Counted from the first letter of the whole stretch, positions 25,601 through 39,900 are shown. The stretch is DNA of 61,334 nucleotides, filler included, from Rhizaria sp. SCN 62-66 (GCA_001724265.1; 3 parts of 3 records of this genome joined end to end with filler, not necessarily neighbours in it); one strand, 5' to 3'. Translations and numbers: made by a program. Notes: a model not told the origin generated them from the letters alone.

Positions 25601-28600
25601 GAAAGAGACCGCCACAGCGACGGCGTCGACTCGGCCGCCTCCGCTGTCAACTCGGCCTCGGCTTCCGTCGTCGCCGCAGCGAATGTCTCAGCCGAAGCCG
25701 CCGCGGCCGCGGCCGCCACTGCAGCCGCAGCAGCAGCGGCCTCGGGATCACCGCTGTCTCCAGCTGCGGCGCCTGTCATCGTCACCGTGTCTGGCAAGTT
25801 GCAGCCTCGCGCGGCTGACGCGTCGTCCGTGGCCTCGCCGACCGCTGTGACGAACGCCGGCAAGCCAGACTCGCCGGACGCCGCCAACGGGCCGCCGCGG
25901 CGCGGGCGCCAGAACAGCTTCAACTACGACATGGGCCTCGGCTTCGGCGGCTTCGGCGGCGGTGGCAGCGGCGTCGGCCTGAGTCTGCAGCCCTTTGCCG
26001 CCGCCGCCCCGGCCGCGACTCCCGCCGCCGCTGCGACGGGCGCGTTCAACTTCTTTGGGCCCGCGATCCCCGCCTCGTCCTCGGCCTCCTTCTACCCTCC
26101 GGGCGTCGGCGCCGGCGCGAGCGCCTCGCTGGCCCCCTCGATCACGGGCTCCAACTCCTCCTCCCTGGGCTCGTCCTCCGCGTCCTCCGCGCCCGTCTCC
26201 GCCTTCGCCTCCGCCGGCGCGTCCGGGGCCTTCGCCGCTGCGCCCGCGACGGCCGCCGCAACTGCTGCGGCCGCGGCGGCGCTGTCGAGCATGTCGGCGG
26301 CGGCCGCGGGCGGGCTGGCGCTGTCGCCGCAGGACGTGCTGCTGCGTGCGCTCTTCAGTGGCGACGCGGCGACTGTGGCCGCCGTGCTCGACTCGTATGC
26401 CACGGCCGACGCCTTCCCGCCGCCGCCGCCGCCGCCGCCGCCCGCGGCCGAGGACGACGACGACGCTGAGGCCGCGCGCGCGGGCGGCGCTGACTGGGCC
26501 GCGCGCCGCCGGCTCTCCACTGCCTCCACCTCGTCGGCGTCCTTCACCTCGGCGACGGCGGCCGCGGCGGCAGCAGATGCAGCTGCAGCGGCACGCGCAG
26601 GCGCTCGCGCGGCACCGCGTGGCGGCCGCGGCCTTCGCGGCCTCGACGTCGCCGCCGCTGCGCACGCTGGCCGCCTTCTCGTGGCCCGCGCTCTTCTTTG
26701 CCTCGTGCAAGATCGAACGCAAGCTGCCCGTTGCGCGCCTCGCGCTGCAGCGCGGCGCAGACGCCAACGCGCGCGACCCCCGCGCCGGCTCCTCCGCGCT
26801 TGCGCTTGCGGTGCAGTTTGGCCCCCGCGCCGGCGCGCGCGCGCTGCTGTGGGAGGCAGGCGCGGACCCGCGCGTGGGCGGCGACGTCTTCAACTGCCTC
26901 CAGCAGGCTTGTCTGCGCGGCAACGTTGACTTCTTGCTCGACTGCTGCGCCGACACGGACGCAGACATCGACTCCGACGAAATCGCCGTGGTCCCCGCAC
27001 CGCTCTCTCACTCGTCCGCTGGCCCCGGCGCCGCGAGTGACAGCGACTTCACGTCAGCCGCCGCCGTCGCGATGAGCGCGATGAGCGCGGCGGGCGGCCG
27101 TGAGTCGGCGCTGGCGGCGTTTCTCGCGCACCCGCGCGTGCGGTGGCTGAGCGCCGCGCCCAGTTGCGCCAGCACGCCCGCAGCGCCGCGCAGCGCGCTC
27201 GCCGACGCGGAGGCCGGCGTCGTCGCCGCCAAGCGCGCGCTCCTCGCGCGCGGACTCGCGCTGCGCTCGCCCTTCGTGGTCGGGTTGGAGGGCGACCCCG
27301 CGTCCGCGGCCGGAGACGGCGGCCCCTTAGACGCGGGTAAGGGCCCCGCGGACTATGACGCGGACGACGCCTACGACGAGCTGGGCATGTCCATCTGGTA
27401 CCAGCTGTTGGGCGTGCGGGTGGCGCCGCTGCGCCGCACCTTCGTTCCGCTGACGTACACGGGCCCGCTCGCGGACCTCGTCGCACCCGCGTTGGCGACC
27501 CTCGCGGCAGGCAGCAGCGCCGGCAGCGGCAGCGCGAGTGCGAGCGCCGCGGGGACGGCGAGCGGGGAGTCGCTGGGCCTGGCGCGGCAGGCCTCCTCCG
27601 TCTCCGGTCTCTCGACCACGGCGGGTCTGTCGGGCACCGCCGGGCTGGGCCACGCGCGGCGCAACAGCCAGACGGCGTACCTGCCTCCGCACGGACACGC
27701 GCACCACGGTCACCACCACGGCCACCACGGCCAACAGCAGCAGCATGCGCCGCCGCCGCTGCCGCCGCTGCCGCACCTGCTGCCGCCCGCCGCGCTGCGC
27801 CTGGCCGCGGCGGGGCTGGTGCCGCGCCCGCGCGCATTCGCGCTGTCGGTCCGCTCGCCGTACGGCCCGCTGCTGTCGTTCGCCCTCGCCATGGGACTGC
27901 ACGACGCGCTCGTCGCGATGCTGCGCGTCCTCGCCACGGCGCCGCTGGCCGCCAGCCCGCTCTACCGCCGCGCGCTGCGGGCGCGCGCGGAGGCCGAGGC
28001 CGGCGGCGGCGGTGGCGGCGGCGGCAGCAACAACAACAGCGTCGGCGACAGCGCCGCGAACGCTCTGAGCCGCATTAGCAGCAGCAGCGCCGTTGGCATT
28101 AGCAACAGCAACAGCAGCAGCAGCAGTAACAATGGCGCGCGTGCGGAGGAGGCGCTGGGCGACATTGCGCACCTGCGGGGGCGGCTTAACTTTGCACCCG
28201 ACGACGACGCGGCGCGGCTGCTGCTCTCCTGCCTGCTGCACGCGCCCGCGGCCGTCACGCGCACGCCCTCATCCGCGTTCCACGGCGGCGGCGGCGGCGC
28301 GCCGGGCGAGGGCTGGGTGGCAGAGCAGCTGCAGCAGCAGCGCGGGCTGCTGTACCAGGTCGCCGCGGGGCCCGAGTTCCCCCACCAGGCCGCGCTGCTG
28401 CGGCTCCTCGCCGCCGCCGGCGCCGATGTCGACGGGCGCGGGCCCAGACGCACGCAGTCCGCTCTCGCGCAAAGCCGCTCCGGCGGCGCGGACGCGACGG
28501 GGCTGGCGGGCGCGATGCTCGTGGAGCGCCGCCGCGTGCCTGCCGCGCGCGTGCGGCGCCGCGTGCGCGGCTCGGGGCTGCTCGCGACGGCCGCCGCGGT

Positions 28601-30377
28601 CGAGCTGGTGTTGCTGACCGAGCCCGCGGTGTTCGCGCCCCTCACGCAGGCGGCGGCGGCCGCGGCCGCCGCGGCGCCCGGCGCGCTGGCGGCGGCCGCG
28701 GCCGAGGCGCCGTCGCCGCTGCTGCCGCTGCTGGCGCTGCTGCTGCCGCGGCTGCCCCCGTTGGTGGCGCTCGAGCCCGGCGCCGCGCTGCTCGCGCTGC
28801 CCTCGCTGGAGCAGTTCCTGCTGGGGCCCGGGCGCGCCGCCGCCGCCGCGCTACCCTCCCCGGCCGCCCTCGTTGCTCGCGCAGTCACAAGAGGCCCGCT
28901 GGGGCTGCTGCCGCGGGTGCCACGCGCGCCACTGCCGCGCGCGCCCCCGCTGGCGGCGGCGTGCGCGGCGGGCGCCGTGGCGGCGGCGCTGACGCTCCTG
29001 CAGCTGGGCGCGGACCCCTGGGCGCGCGACGAGAGCGCCGCCGGAGCCAACGCACTCGTTGCGCTCGTCACTTCGCCGCTCGCGGCCACGACCGCGGGCG
29101 CGCTTCTCACCAGTGGGCCCGAGTCCCCCGACGCGCGCTCGCGCACTGAGGGCGGCGGCGAGGCGGGCGGCCCGGTGGCGGGCGCGCAGTGGTGGCTGGC
29201 GGTGCCGCTGCCGGGGCGCCGCTGCACACGCGCCCGCAGCGCGGCCGCTGGCGACAGCGACACCGACTCCGACGCAGACTCGGACAGCGACGGCGACGGC
29301 GACGTCACTGCCGCCGACACCAACAAGCCCCAGCGCGGCACTGCCGACGCCGACTCCGGTGGGTTTGCTAAGAGTGTTCAGAGCGAGGCCCGCGCGTGGC
29401 GCCGCGCGCACCGCTGCGCGGCCTCGGCCGCCCCGTGCTCGCGCTGCCACCGCGTCGTCGCACTCTCGCCCGCCTCGGCCTCCGACGCTGACGCCGCTTC
29501 TGCCGCGGGCGGCGCGGGGCCGGCGGCGGCGGCGGCGCGCGGCGGCGGCGCGTCGCTGGCGGCGGCCGTGGTGACCGCCGCGCGACTGCGCCAGTGGTAC
29601 CGTTACCGCGCGGGGCTTTGGGCTGACCCCGCCGCGGACGGAGACGGCAGCGACGACGACGACGACGACGAGGGCTTCGGCGGCGACGACGGCGGCGGGG
29701 GCGGTGACGCGGACGTGTACAACACCAACGCGGGAAGCGGCGGCGGCGGCGGCGTCGAGCGGCGCGCGCGGCGGCCCCGCGTTGCGGCGGCGCTGAGCAA
29801 GCGCGCCCGCGCCCGCGCCCGCGCGCGCCTGCGCAGCCGGCTCGACGGCTACCCGCTGCCGCCCGCGGCCGTGCTGTCGCTGCTTGCCGGCGTTGACGCG
29901 TCCCCCGCGGGCGCGAGTGCGACTGCGCAGCGCGAGCAGCAGGAGGAGGAGGGCTGGGAGAGTGTGGCCGCGACGGTCGCCACGGGCCGCCCGCTGGATC
30001 TGGCCCACGGCGCGCACCCCGCGCCGCAGCTGCCTGTGCCGCCGCGCTACCTCTCCGCGGCCCGCGGCGCGGCCGGCGCGGCTGGCGGCGCGGCGGGGGC
30101 GCGGGCGTCGCTGGAGCCGCTGCGGCGGGCCTGTGTGCTGGCCGCGTCGGCAACAGTGAGTGCCGTGGCCGGCGGGGCAGTGGCGCTTGGCGCGTTCGAG
30201 TGGGCCACGGTCATGGCCAGGGACTGTGCGGAGGCCGCGGGGACGTGGGGCAGCGCAGAGTGGGGCGGCGCAGAGGCCGCGGCAGAGGCCGGGGCGTGGG
30301 CCGCGGTTGTGGACGAGATTGCGGCCGCGGAATCGGTGCCGATCGACGGGATTATTAATGTCGACGACGAGCTGTGA
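22685..30377 (+). CDS. Very large low-complexity protein with C-terminal ankyrin-like repeats (about 2560 aa if the TAG at 23582 is read through and a +1 shift at about 26570 is corrected)
   Basis: ORFs 22685-23584 and 23663-26929 share a frame and are separated only by one TAG. Protein-like sense moves to the frame of ORF 25995-30377 at about 26570. Ankyrin-like units: ALQRGADANARDPRAGSSALALAVQFG, LWEAGADPRV...CLQQACLRGNVDFL, LAAAGADVDGRG, PLAAACAAGAVAAALTLLQLGADPWARD. Ends in TGA. Confidence 0.65.
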
Positions 30378-30901
30378 TTACTGATCAGTGTACTTAAAAA
30401 ATGATTTATCGATACATAGTGACTTATTGATTCTCAATACACGTGATTTTCTTTGTGACTCATCAATATCGCTGGTATCTGACTTAAAATGATATTGTCA
30501 GGTGTTCCTCTGCGGGAACGGCTATCTAAGTTTGACCGAGTTGAGACTGGTGATTAGAAAACTGAGTATTCCAGTGTCTATAGATCTTCTTAAAAGATTT
30601 AATAAGAGTATTCGTTTCAGTGAAATGCAAATATTTTAGTCACTTTGTAACGATGCCACTGACGGATGTCTAGCGTGTTTCCTGACGAAAGTATGCCGAA
30701 TCTTCGTTTGAACATAGGACGCTCCTGTGACGTCAGATAACCGTCTTGTAGAACACTTTCTATAGACTAATTTGCAATTATCTCACAACTTTTCGGTTTT
30801 ATAGACATTATAGATACCAATTGCATTGCATAATACTCTATAGGCCTTGATATTGATACTGTAATCCGGTCCGAACAGATCGTCCAGCGTCCAACCCCAC
30901 C

Positions 30902-33900
30902 ATGTCGTCGCACCCCCGGGCCCCCGGCGCGGGCGGTCCGTCGTCCTCTGCAGCGCCGTCCTCCCTGGCTGCGGCAAAGCGCGCCGCGGCAAGCGGGCGT
31001 GAGCTGGACCCGGTGCGCTCCGAGCACGAGATCGCGATCATGGCGCGCATCAAGAAGCAGGAGCAGGCGACGCGCGACAAGATGGCCGCCCGTCGCGCGC
31101 GCCTCGCGCCCGCCTCGGCTACCGAGGAGGAGCGCGCGCTCGCGCTGCTGCTCGACGCCAACGGCATTGTTCCCGGTTCCGGCGTTACCGCGCAGGCGTA
31201 CCTCGCGTCGCCCGCGGCCGCCGCGGCGCTCGCCGAAACGCGCGCTCTCGCCCGCGGCCTCGACTGCGCCAGCCCCGCGAGCGCCATCAACACGAGCCAG
31301 GATGGCGCTGACATCGGCAAGACTGCGAAGGGCTCCGCGAAGCCCCCCGCCGCGGCCGGGCCAGCGCCCGCACTGCCCGGGACCGCGCTGGTGTACCCGG
31401 CGGTGGCCGAGCTGGAGATGTTCCAGGTGCCCGGCTGGCACCGCCTCTGCACGCTCGGCCGCTTCCCCGCGCTGGCCCGCCTCGAGGTCATGCTGCAGCG
31501 CATCCCAGCGCTTGAGGGGCTCGCCGCGCCGGCGCCGCTGCTGCACGCTTTCACCGCGCTTACGCACCTGACGCTGACCGACAACGCGATCGCGACATTG
31601 CCGCCCGGCGCGCTCGCCGCGTGCCCTGCGCTCACGCACCTCTACCTCAACCGCAACCGGCTCGCGGGCGTGCTGCCCGCGCGCCTGTTTGCCGCGCAGA
31701 CGCGCCTGCAGGTGCTCGACCTCTCGGAGAACCCGCTGCTGTCGCCGGGCCGCGCGCTGCGTTGTGTGCCGCGCCTGCGCTCGCTCTCGCTGGCGCAGAC
31801 GCTCGTCGCTGCGCCCGCCGCCGCGCTGGCCCCACTGCGCTGCCTCGAGACGCTGAACCTGGCCGCGGCGCCCGTGGCGTCGCTGGCGCAGGTGCTCGCC
31901 CTCGCGCGCGCTCACGGCCGTACTCTGCGTGAGTTCGCGCTCGCGCTGCCGCACCACGGCGCCGCGCCCGTCGCCGCGCCCTTCACCGCCACGCCCGCCG
32001 CGGCCGCCGCCTCCGCCGCCGCCACGGCAGCCGTCCTCGCCGCGGGCGGCGGCGCCGCGGGCGTCTTGCCCTCGGCCGCTGCCGCAGCTGCGCCCGCGTC
32101 CGTCGTCGCCTACCAGTGCCTGCTCTTGGCCGCATTCCCGGCCGCGACGTCGCTCGACGGCAGCGCCGTGCCCGCCGCCGCGCGCGCCGCCGCGGCCACG
32201 TTCCTCGCGCGCGTCCATGCGCAGGCCTCGGAGCGCGCGCGGGCGCTGCAGCGCGCGGCAGCCGCGGCGGCGCGGCGCGCGGCCGACGCGCGCACTGCGC
32301 AGGTGCAGACCATCACGGCCGCGCTGGCGCTGACTCCACAAGGCGCCACTGGCAGCGTTGGCGGCGGCGCTGGTATTGGCGTTGGCGAGACCGCGACTGC
32401 GCTGGCGCCCGCGCTGGCGCTGGCGCTGGCGCTGGCCGGCGAGCAGCGCGCGCAGCTGTTCTGCGGCCGCGCCGGCGCGGTCGCGGGCGCGCTGCAAAGC
32501 GGGCTGGGCGCAGTCCTGGAGGCCGCCGTCGGGCTCACGGCCGCTGCCGCTACGAACACAGCGGCTGCAGCCAGCGAGGCCAAGACTGCGACTGAGGCCT
32601 CGCCCGAGTCCGATGGCGCCGACATCGCGACTACGGCTGCGAGCGCGAGTGCTAGCGCGAGTGACGCGGCGGAGACCGGCGCGCGGCTGGCGGCCGAGGC
32701 CCGCGGCTGGGGCTGCGCGCGGGCCGAGCGCGCGGCGCTGCGGCGGCTAGCGCGCGCGCAGGGCCGAGCGCGCGCGCTGACGCTGCGGGCCGGCGCTGCG
32801 GCCGAGTCCAACCAGCACGACGACGACGACGACGATTATGCGGATGATTGCAGTGAGCACAAGAGCGACGACGACGATGACGACGGCGCAAACAGCGAGA
32901 GCAACGACGATGGTGACGACGAAGACGAAGACGATAGCAATACTGACGGCGAGGTGAACACCGAGCAACGCGCTGCTGTTGCCGCCGCGCGCGCGTGCCC
33001 TGTGTGCGCTCGCAGCGATCTCGGTATGTTCCCGCCTTCTCTGCTTCCCTCCGCGGCCGCTGCCACTGCGCACAGCCACTGCGCTGCGGCCGCCGCGCTC
33101 GCACCGCGCCTCACTGCGGCCGCAGACGGTGACGCTGCTGCGCCTGAGTCTGCCGCGGTGTCTGCGCTCGCCGCGGCGGCCGCGCCCTTGCTGCCGCTGC
33201 TCTTAACCGCGAGCTCGCCTGCGGCGCTGCTGACGCTCGAGGCGCTGTGGACTGCGTGGGCCTCCATCTCGCCCGCAGATTCTCCCAAGAACCCAGAAAA
33301 CGCCGCAGCCTTTGTCGCCGCGCTCATCAAGGCAATTCCCGCTGTCGCAGTGTCAGGCAAGACCGTGACCGCGTCTGCGTCTGCGTCCGCGCCCGCGGTC
33401 GATCCCCGCGCGCTGCTGCCGCTGGCGCTGGCGGCGCGCGCTGTGCTCCGCTGCCTGCGCGCGCGCGCTCTGTCGGTCCGCGTCGCCGCGCTCACCGCGC
33501 GCCTCGCCGCCGGCGCCGCCGTCTCGGGCTTTGTTACCGACAAAAACAACAGCAACAACAACAGCAGCAGCATCAGCAGCGGTAGCGGCATGGGGTGGTT
33601 CCGCACCGCCCTCGAGGCCGCTGCGGCCGCAGAAAGCGCGCTGGCGGCCGCGCTGCCGCTCGCGACCGTGGGCACCGTCACCACCGACGCCGCCGACTGC
33701 GTCGCCTCGGGCGGCGCTGCGCAGAACCTTGCCGCGGCTGCGGGCGCCGGCGCAGGGGTCGTGGCGCTGCTCGCCGCCGCTGCCGGCGGCGCGGTCACCA
33801 CTGCGCCGCCGCTGTCGCCCGGGGGGTCTGCCGCCGGCGCCGACTCAGACTGCGCTGCGGGGAGCAGTAACAGCAGCAGCAGCGCAAAGGAGCTGGGTCT

Positions 33901-36900
33901 GAGGCTTTCAACAGCAGCGCCTGCCGCGACCACCGCAGTCTCCCCCTTCGCTGTTGCCGCAGTTGCCGGCGCTGGCGCTCTGCCTGCCGCGGCCACTTTG
34001 TCCGCTGCCGACGCCGCACTCTCGGCGTCCTTTTCACAGCTCTTCCTTCAGCCTCAGACTGCGATTCAGAGCAAGAACGGCGATAGCGGCGCATCTGCGG
34101 TGACCGCGCGCCTTGTCTCGGTGCGCCGCGTGTCTTCTGTCCCCGCACAGCAGCGCTTCTGCTCCGCGCTGGCCACGCGCGCCGCGGCGGGCGCCGCACT
34201 GACGACCGCGCTGGCCGCTGCGGCGCGCACGCAGCCGCTCGCCGCGCAGCAGCAGCAGGTCGCGGCCGCCACCGCGGGCGACGCCGGCGGCGGCGGCCAC
34301 ACTATGGGCGCGCTCTGGGAGACGACGCCCGCGCGCCGCGCGCCTGCGCAGTCGCTGTTGAACGGCTTCATGCCTCCCGCGATGATCGCCCAGCCTTCGA
34401 ACACCGGCGCCGGTACTGGCGCTGGCTCCGGCTCTGTCTCTGGCTCTGCGCAGCCGCAGTTGCTGTCGCCGTCCCCGCTGGTGTCGCCGTCACCGCTGCC
34501 GCAGCCTTCCCCGCTGCCGGGCTGCGTGGCGACGGCGACCGCGGCGGCAACGGCGGCCGTGTCCGCGGCGGCGGGTGCGGTCTGCACGCGCAGCCAGTCG
34601 GGCTCCTGCTACGGGCTGCCGGGCTTCACTGACCCGCAGGACTGCGAGCTGCTCTGGTGGATCCCGCCGGCCACCCGCGCCGCCGCCTTCGCCCTCGCCG
34701 CCCAGTCCGGCTCCGGTTCCGGCTCTGGCTCCAGGGCTGCGGCGGCGCGCGCGGGTCGGGCGGCGGCCGCGGCGGCGCGCGGAGAGGTGGCGCGCGCCGC
34801 GGTGACCGTGAGCGGGCGCGCGCTCTGGTTCAGTGACCCTGTGGCCGCCGCGGCGGCCGCAGATGCCGAGGCGGACGCTGACGCTGACGCTGACGCAGAC
34901 CACGATGATGACGACGACAGCGAGTCCGCTGTTGTTGCGATTGAGACTGCAGATGGCGGTAACCACGACGGCGAGGAGGAGGACGAGGACGACGAAGAGG
35001 ATGACGAGGACGACACGGGCGTCTCCTTTGGCCGCGCCTCGCTCGAGTCCTTGCACTCCGCCGCGGTCGCCGAGGCCGCCGCGCTGTCTGCCTCGGCGGC
35101 GGAGACGTCGCCCACCGCGGCGCTGCTGCTCGCGGCCGTCGGCGGCGCGGGCGTGATGCCGCCGCTGCGCCCCCTCGTCCGCGCCCACAACAGCCACGCC
35201 ACGAACGCTAGCGCAAGCAAGGGCGCGTCTTCGAGCGCCGCCAAGAAGCGTGCCCGCGTCCGCGCCCGCGCGCGCACGCTGGGCCTGCTGCGCTCCGCGC
35301 CCGCGTCGGGCACGGCGCCCGTGCTGCTCGACTGCGCGCTGCCGCGGCGCGCGCCCGGCGCCGCGACGCACAGCGCCACGGGCGTGACCCTGCTCACGGA
35401 CTCGCTTCCACTGGCTGCGGCCGCCTTCTGCGCCCCGCTGCTCTCGTCACAGTCGCAGTTCCACCCTCACTTAAAGAGCGACGATAAGGGCAGTGGCGGG
35501 GCTAAGCAGCGCGGCGCGGACTGGGAGTGGCGCCGCGTGGGCTCGCGCACCGTGCTCGTTACCGCGCTGCTCGTCAAGGCATACCCCGGCGCCTGCGCCG
35601 CGCTGCCCGACGCCGCAGCACTCGCGCCATCAGCAGTGACGCCGCTGTCGTTCGCGTCGGCGGCTAGCGCGCTGCCGCGGCACGTGCTCTCGGCGCCCTC
35701 GCCGGCGCCGCTGGCCGCCTTCGCAAGCCCCGGCGCGGCGCAGACGGAGCGGCTGCTGCGCTCGCTGGCCGCCGAGCCCGTGGCCGCAGGCGAGGAGGCG
35801 CACCCGGTTATCTCGGCCGCGGCCGCCGCGCTGCCCGGGCTGCTCGCGGCCACCGCGGCCGCCGCCGCCTCGGCGGGATTAGGCTCTGCGGCGCTCGTCC
35901 CCAGCGGCGGCAGCAGGCGCAGTGGCGCGGCGTACGCGTCGGCGGCCGCGCAGGCCTCGGCCGCGGTCGCCGCCGCCGCCGCGTCCGCTGCAGCCGCGCC
36001 CGCCGCACTGTCCGCGCTGTCCGCGATCGCGCCCGTGTGGGGCGGCGCGCCGGTGTGGCCGCCGCTGCTGCCGCTGCACGTCGGGCCCCGCACGGCGCAC
36101 CCGCTTTCGCGCGCCTCAGCCGCCGCCGCCGCGTGCGCCGCGCCCTTCCCCGCGCCCCTCGCGCCCGCCGCGGTTCAGGGCGCCGCCGGCGCTGCTGCGG
36201 CCGCCGCGGTGACGAACGCGGAGCTGCAGTTCTTGGCGCTGCACCGGCCTGCGCTCGCGCCCTTCTTCCCGCTGCCGCCCGGTGCGCACTCGGCCCGTGC
36301 CGCGCCCGCCGCGCCCGCGCTCACCTCCGCCGCCGGCTCCGGCTCCGGCAGCTCGAGCGCAGTGGCGGGGCTTTCGGTTGCGGACCTCACGTGTCTCAGC
36401 AACAAGGGCGCGTTTGTGTCCATCGACACGTGCGCGCCCGCGCCCGCGCCCGCGCACCCCTTCGCGCCCGCCGCCGCAGCCGCAGCCGCTGCTGCAGGCG
36501 CTAGTGCGGGGGCGGGAGGTGTGCAGGACGCAGTGGTGCCAGCTGCGGACTCACTGCTGCGCACGCTGCCGTTGCCGCTGCCGCAAGCCGCGAGTGCCCG
36601 CAGCACTGGCGACGGCGACGGTGCGAATGGCGGTGGCAATGTGCACGTGATGTATCTGCGCGACTCTGCGCTTGCTGTGCCCGACGCCGTGGCGACGATC
36701 GAGATCACGGTGCCGCGCTATGCATGGCGCCGCCGCGCTTGCTCCCAGCCCGCTGCTGACACTAAGAGCGCAAAACCTGCCGCTGATTCCGCTGTTAACG
36801 CTGACGCTGCGCTGCGCAGTGCAGTCGCTGCCACGGGCTTTGCGCTCGCATCTAACACCAGCAACATTAGTACTGCTCTCGTTCCTGTCTCAGCAGCATC

Positions 36901-39900
36901 AAAAGCTGCGTCTGCAGCTCTATCAGCGCCTGCGAGTTGGCTGCACGGGCCGCTGCGGGCGCTGGCCACAGTGCGCCGCGCGGAGGCCGCCGCCGCCGTC
37001 GCCGCTGCCGCCGCACTGCGCCTCTTCAGCAACACGAGCACTGGCAATAAGACGAAAGCTGAGACAGGCTTTCCTGTCGCGGCGTCCGTGTCCGCCGCTG
37101 TCGCGGCCGTGCTGTCGTCCGCGGACTCCTCGCTCTTCTCCACAGCAGATGTGTTGCCCGCGCCATCCGCCGTTGCTGTCGCAGCGAAGCTTACCGCAGC
37201 CGCGCCTGCGCCCGCACAGTCTTTGTCCGCTCTCGTCGAGCGCAACGCCCGCGTCAGTCAACCCTTGCGCGCGCGCGCCCTGTTGCCGGCGCTCGCCAAG
37301 GCGCTCGCGGCCGCGGAGAGCAAGGCCAAGGACGGCGGCAAGAACAAGCACTCCGCGGCCGACGCCTTTGCGGCCGTGGCCGCCGCTGTGGGCGCCGCAG
37401 CTGGCGCTGCCTTGCCGTCCACGACTACGTCCGCGCCGCAAATCACGGGCGTCGGCACAGGCACGGGCGTGGGGCTGTACCTGGACGACGTGCCGTCGCT
37501 CCTGGTCGCGGGCTCAGCGCGCTGCGAGGCGCTGAGCGACGACACGGAGCTCCTGGTCCCCGCCGCCGTCCCTGTTGCCGCCACCGCCACGGGTGCGGGC
37601 GCGGGCGCGACTGGCGGCGCGGGCTGCGTGACTGCGCCGTTTGCGCGCGACTGGGCGCTCGCGCCCGCGACCGTGCGCGCCGTCACTGCGGCGCTGGGCT
37701 CCGCGCTCGCGGCCAAAGACACTGCCGCTGACGGCGACAGCCACGGTGCGGCGGTGCGCGCGCTGGTGGTGCGTCCAAGCGCGGAGAGCGGTGACCCGGC
37801 GTTGTCGCCCGCCGCAGCCGCGCTTCTGGCCGACTCACTCTCGCTGGCGCACACGCCGCTGGGTGCGGGCGCCCCACCGCCGCTGGCCTCGCTGTCGCTG
37901 CGCGCGCCCGCGCTGGTGCGGCTCGACGTCTCGCACTGCCGCCTGGCTTCGCTCGCGGGCGTCGAGGCGCTGCGCGGGCTGCGCGAGCTCTGCGCCAGCG
38001 ACAACGCGCTAGCCGACGTCGCGCCACTTGCGGGACTGCGTGCGCTGGTGCTGGCGGACGTCTCGCGCAACAGGCTCCAGTCGCTCGCGCCGCTGGCCGC
38101 GCTCCCGGCGCTCGCCACGCTGCTGTGCGAAGGCAACGCGCTGTCCTCTCTCGCCTCGCTCGTTCCAGTCGCCCCCGCAGCGTCCACTGCGTCGGCAGCC
38201 CCCGTCTCGGTGCTTCGTGCGCTTTATGCGGGCGCCAACGCGCTGCGCCCGCGCGACCAGGTGTCCGCGCTCGCCGCGCTTTCTGCACTCCAGGTCCTCG
38301 ACCTCACCGACCAGACCGCCGCCCCCGCGTCCGCCTTGAGCCCCCGTGGCGGCGGCAGCGGCGTGGGCGCGCTGGCCGAGTGGGGCGGCGCCGACGAGGG
38401 CGATGTCAGCGCCGGCCCCGCGGCGGCGCGGCTGTGGCTTGTTTACTCGCTGCCGCGGCTGCGCGCGCTCGACGGCGTTGCTGTCGACGCGGCGCAGACA
38501 GCCGCTGCGCGCGAGATGTTCGCCGGCCGCGCCACCGTGACCACGCTCACCGACGCGCTGCGCCTCGCGCCGGGCCCGCTGGCGTCGCTCGCGGCCGCGC
38601 TGCGCTCGCTCACCAGTCTGGACCTGTCCTCGCGCCGCTTGCGGTCCGTGTCGATCGTGACTGGCGCGGCGTGCCCGGCCCTGCGCACGCTGATCCTCGA
38701 CGACAACGCGCTCGAGGACCTGACCTCGCTGCGCGCCATCCCGACGTTGCGCGTGCTGCGGCTGAACCGCAACAAGATCGTCGCCGCCAACGCTGCCGCC
38801 GTGGGCGACACTGCGGCGACGGGCGGTCCGTGGCTGGCGCAGCTGTACCCGCAGCTCGAGGTGCTGGAGCTGAGCCACAACCGCGTGACAAGCATTGCCG
38901 ACCTGCGTCTGGGTGGGCTCTCCGCGCTCATTGCGCTGGGCCTTGAGGGCAACCAGGTGCGCCGCGTCAGCGGGCTCTCTGCGCTGCCCGCGCTGCAGCA
39001 CCTCGTGCTCTCGCACAACAAGATCCAGGCGCTGGACGAGCGTTCCTTCGCGGGCGTCACCACGTTGCGCGAGCTCCAGATCGAGTCTACGGGGCTGCGT
39101 TCGCTCGCCGGGCTGGGATACCACCCCGCGCTGCTCGCGCTCTTCATCGGCGGCAACCGTGTCGGCGACCTGGGCGAGATCGCCTACCTTGCGCCGCCGC
39201 CACCGCCGCCGGTGTACCCCGGCGACCCCGCTTTAGCTGCGGCGGACCCGCTGTGGCAGCAGACGCTGCAGCAGTACGCCGCACTGGCGCCGTCAGGATG
39301 CCCGCAGCTGGCCGAGATCGGGCTGCGCGGGAACCCGCTGGCGCGCAAGCAGCTGCTGCGCCGCACACTTATTTACCGCGTGCCGTCGTTGCGCGTCATC
39401 GACGGGCTTGAGGTGTCACCCGAAGAGCGCGACCGTGTGGCCGCCTTCTACGCGCCGCCGCCGCCGCCCTTGGGGCCCGACGGGCTCCCGCTCTTCCCCT
39501 TCACGATGCAGCAGCAGCAGCAGCAGATGCAGTTCGCGGGCGGCTACGGCGGCGCGCAATTTCAGCCCCAGCAGGGCTACTACCACCAGGGCGACCCCGC
39601 GGCCGCGGCGGCGGGCTGGGCCGCCACAGCGCAGGGCCTTGCATACGCCGCTGGCGCTGGCGCTAGCGGCGCGAGCAGCGGGGGCTACGGGGGGACAGTG
39701 GTCTCGTACCACCAGCACCAGTTCGGCGGCGGCGGCGGCGGCGCTGCTGTGAACAACGGCAACGCCGGCTTGATGGGTGTCGCTGCGGCGCTGCCATCTC
39801 GCATGGGCGGCCCCGCGCCCGGCGCCAGCCACGGCCACGTCGCGCACGGTCACTACGTCAACAATCCCAGCACCGCCGGAGCGACATTCACGGCCGCCTC

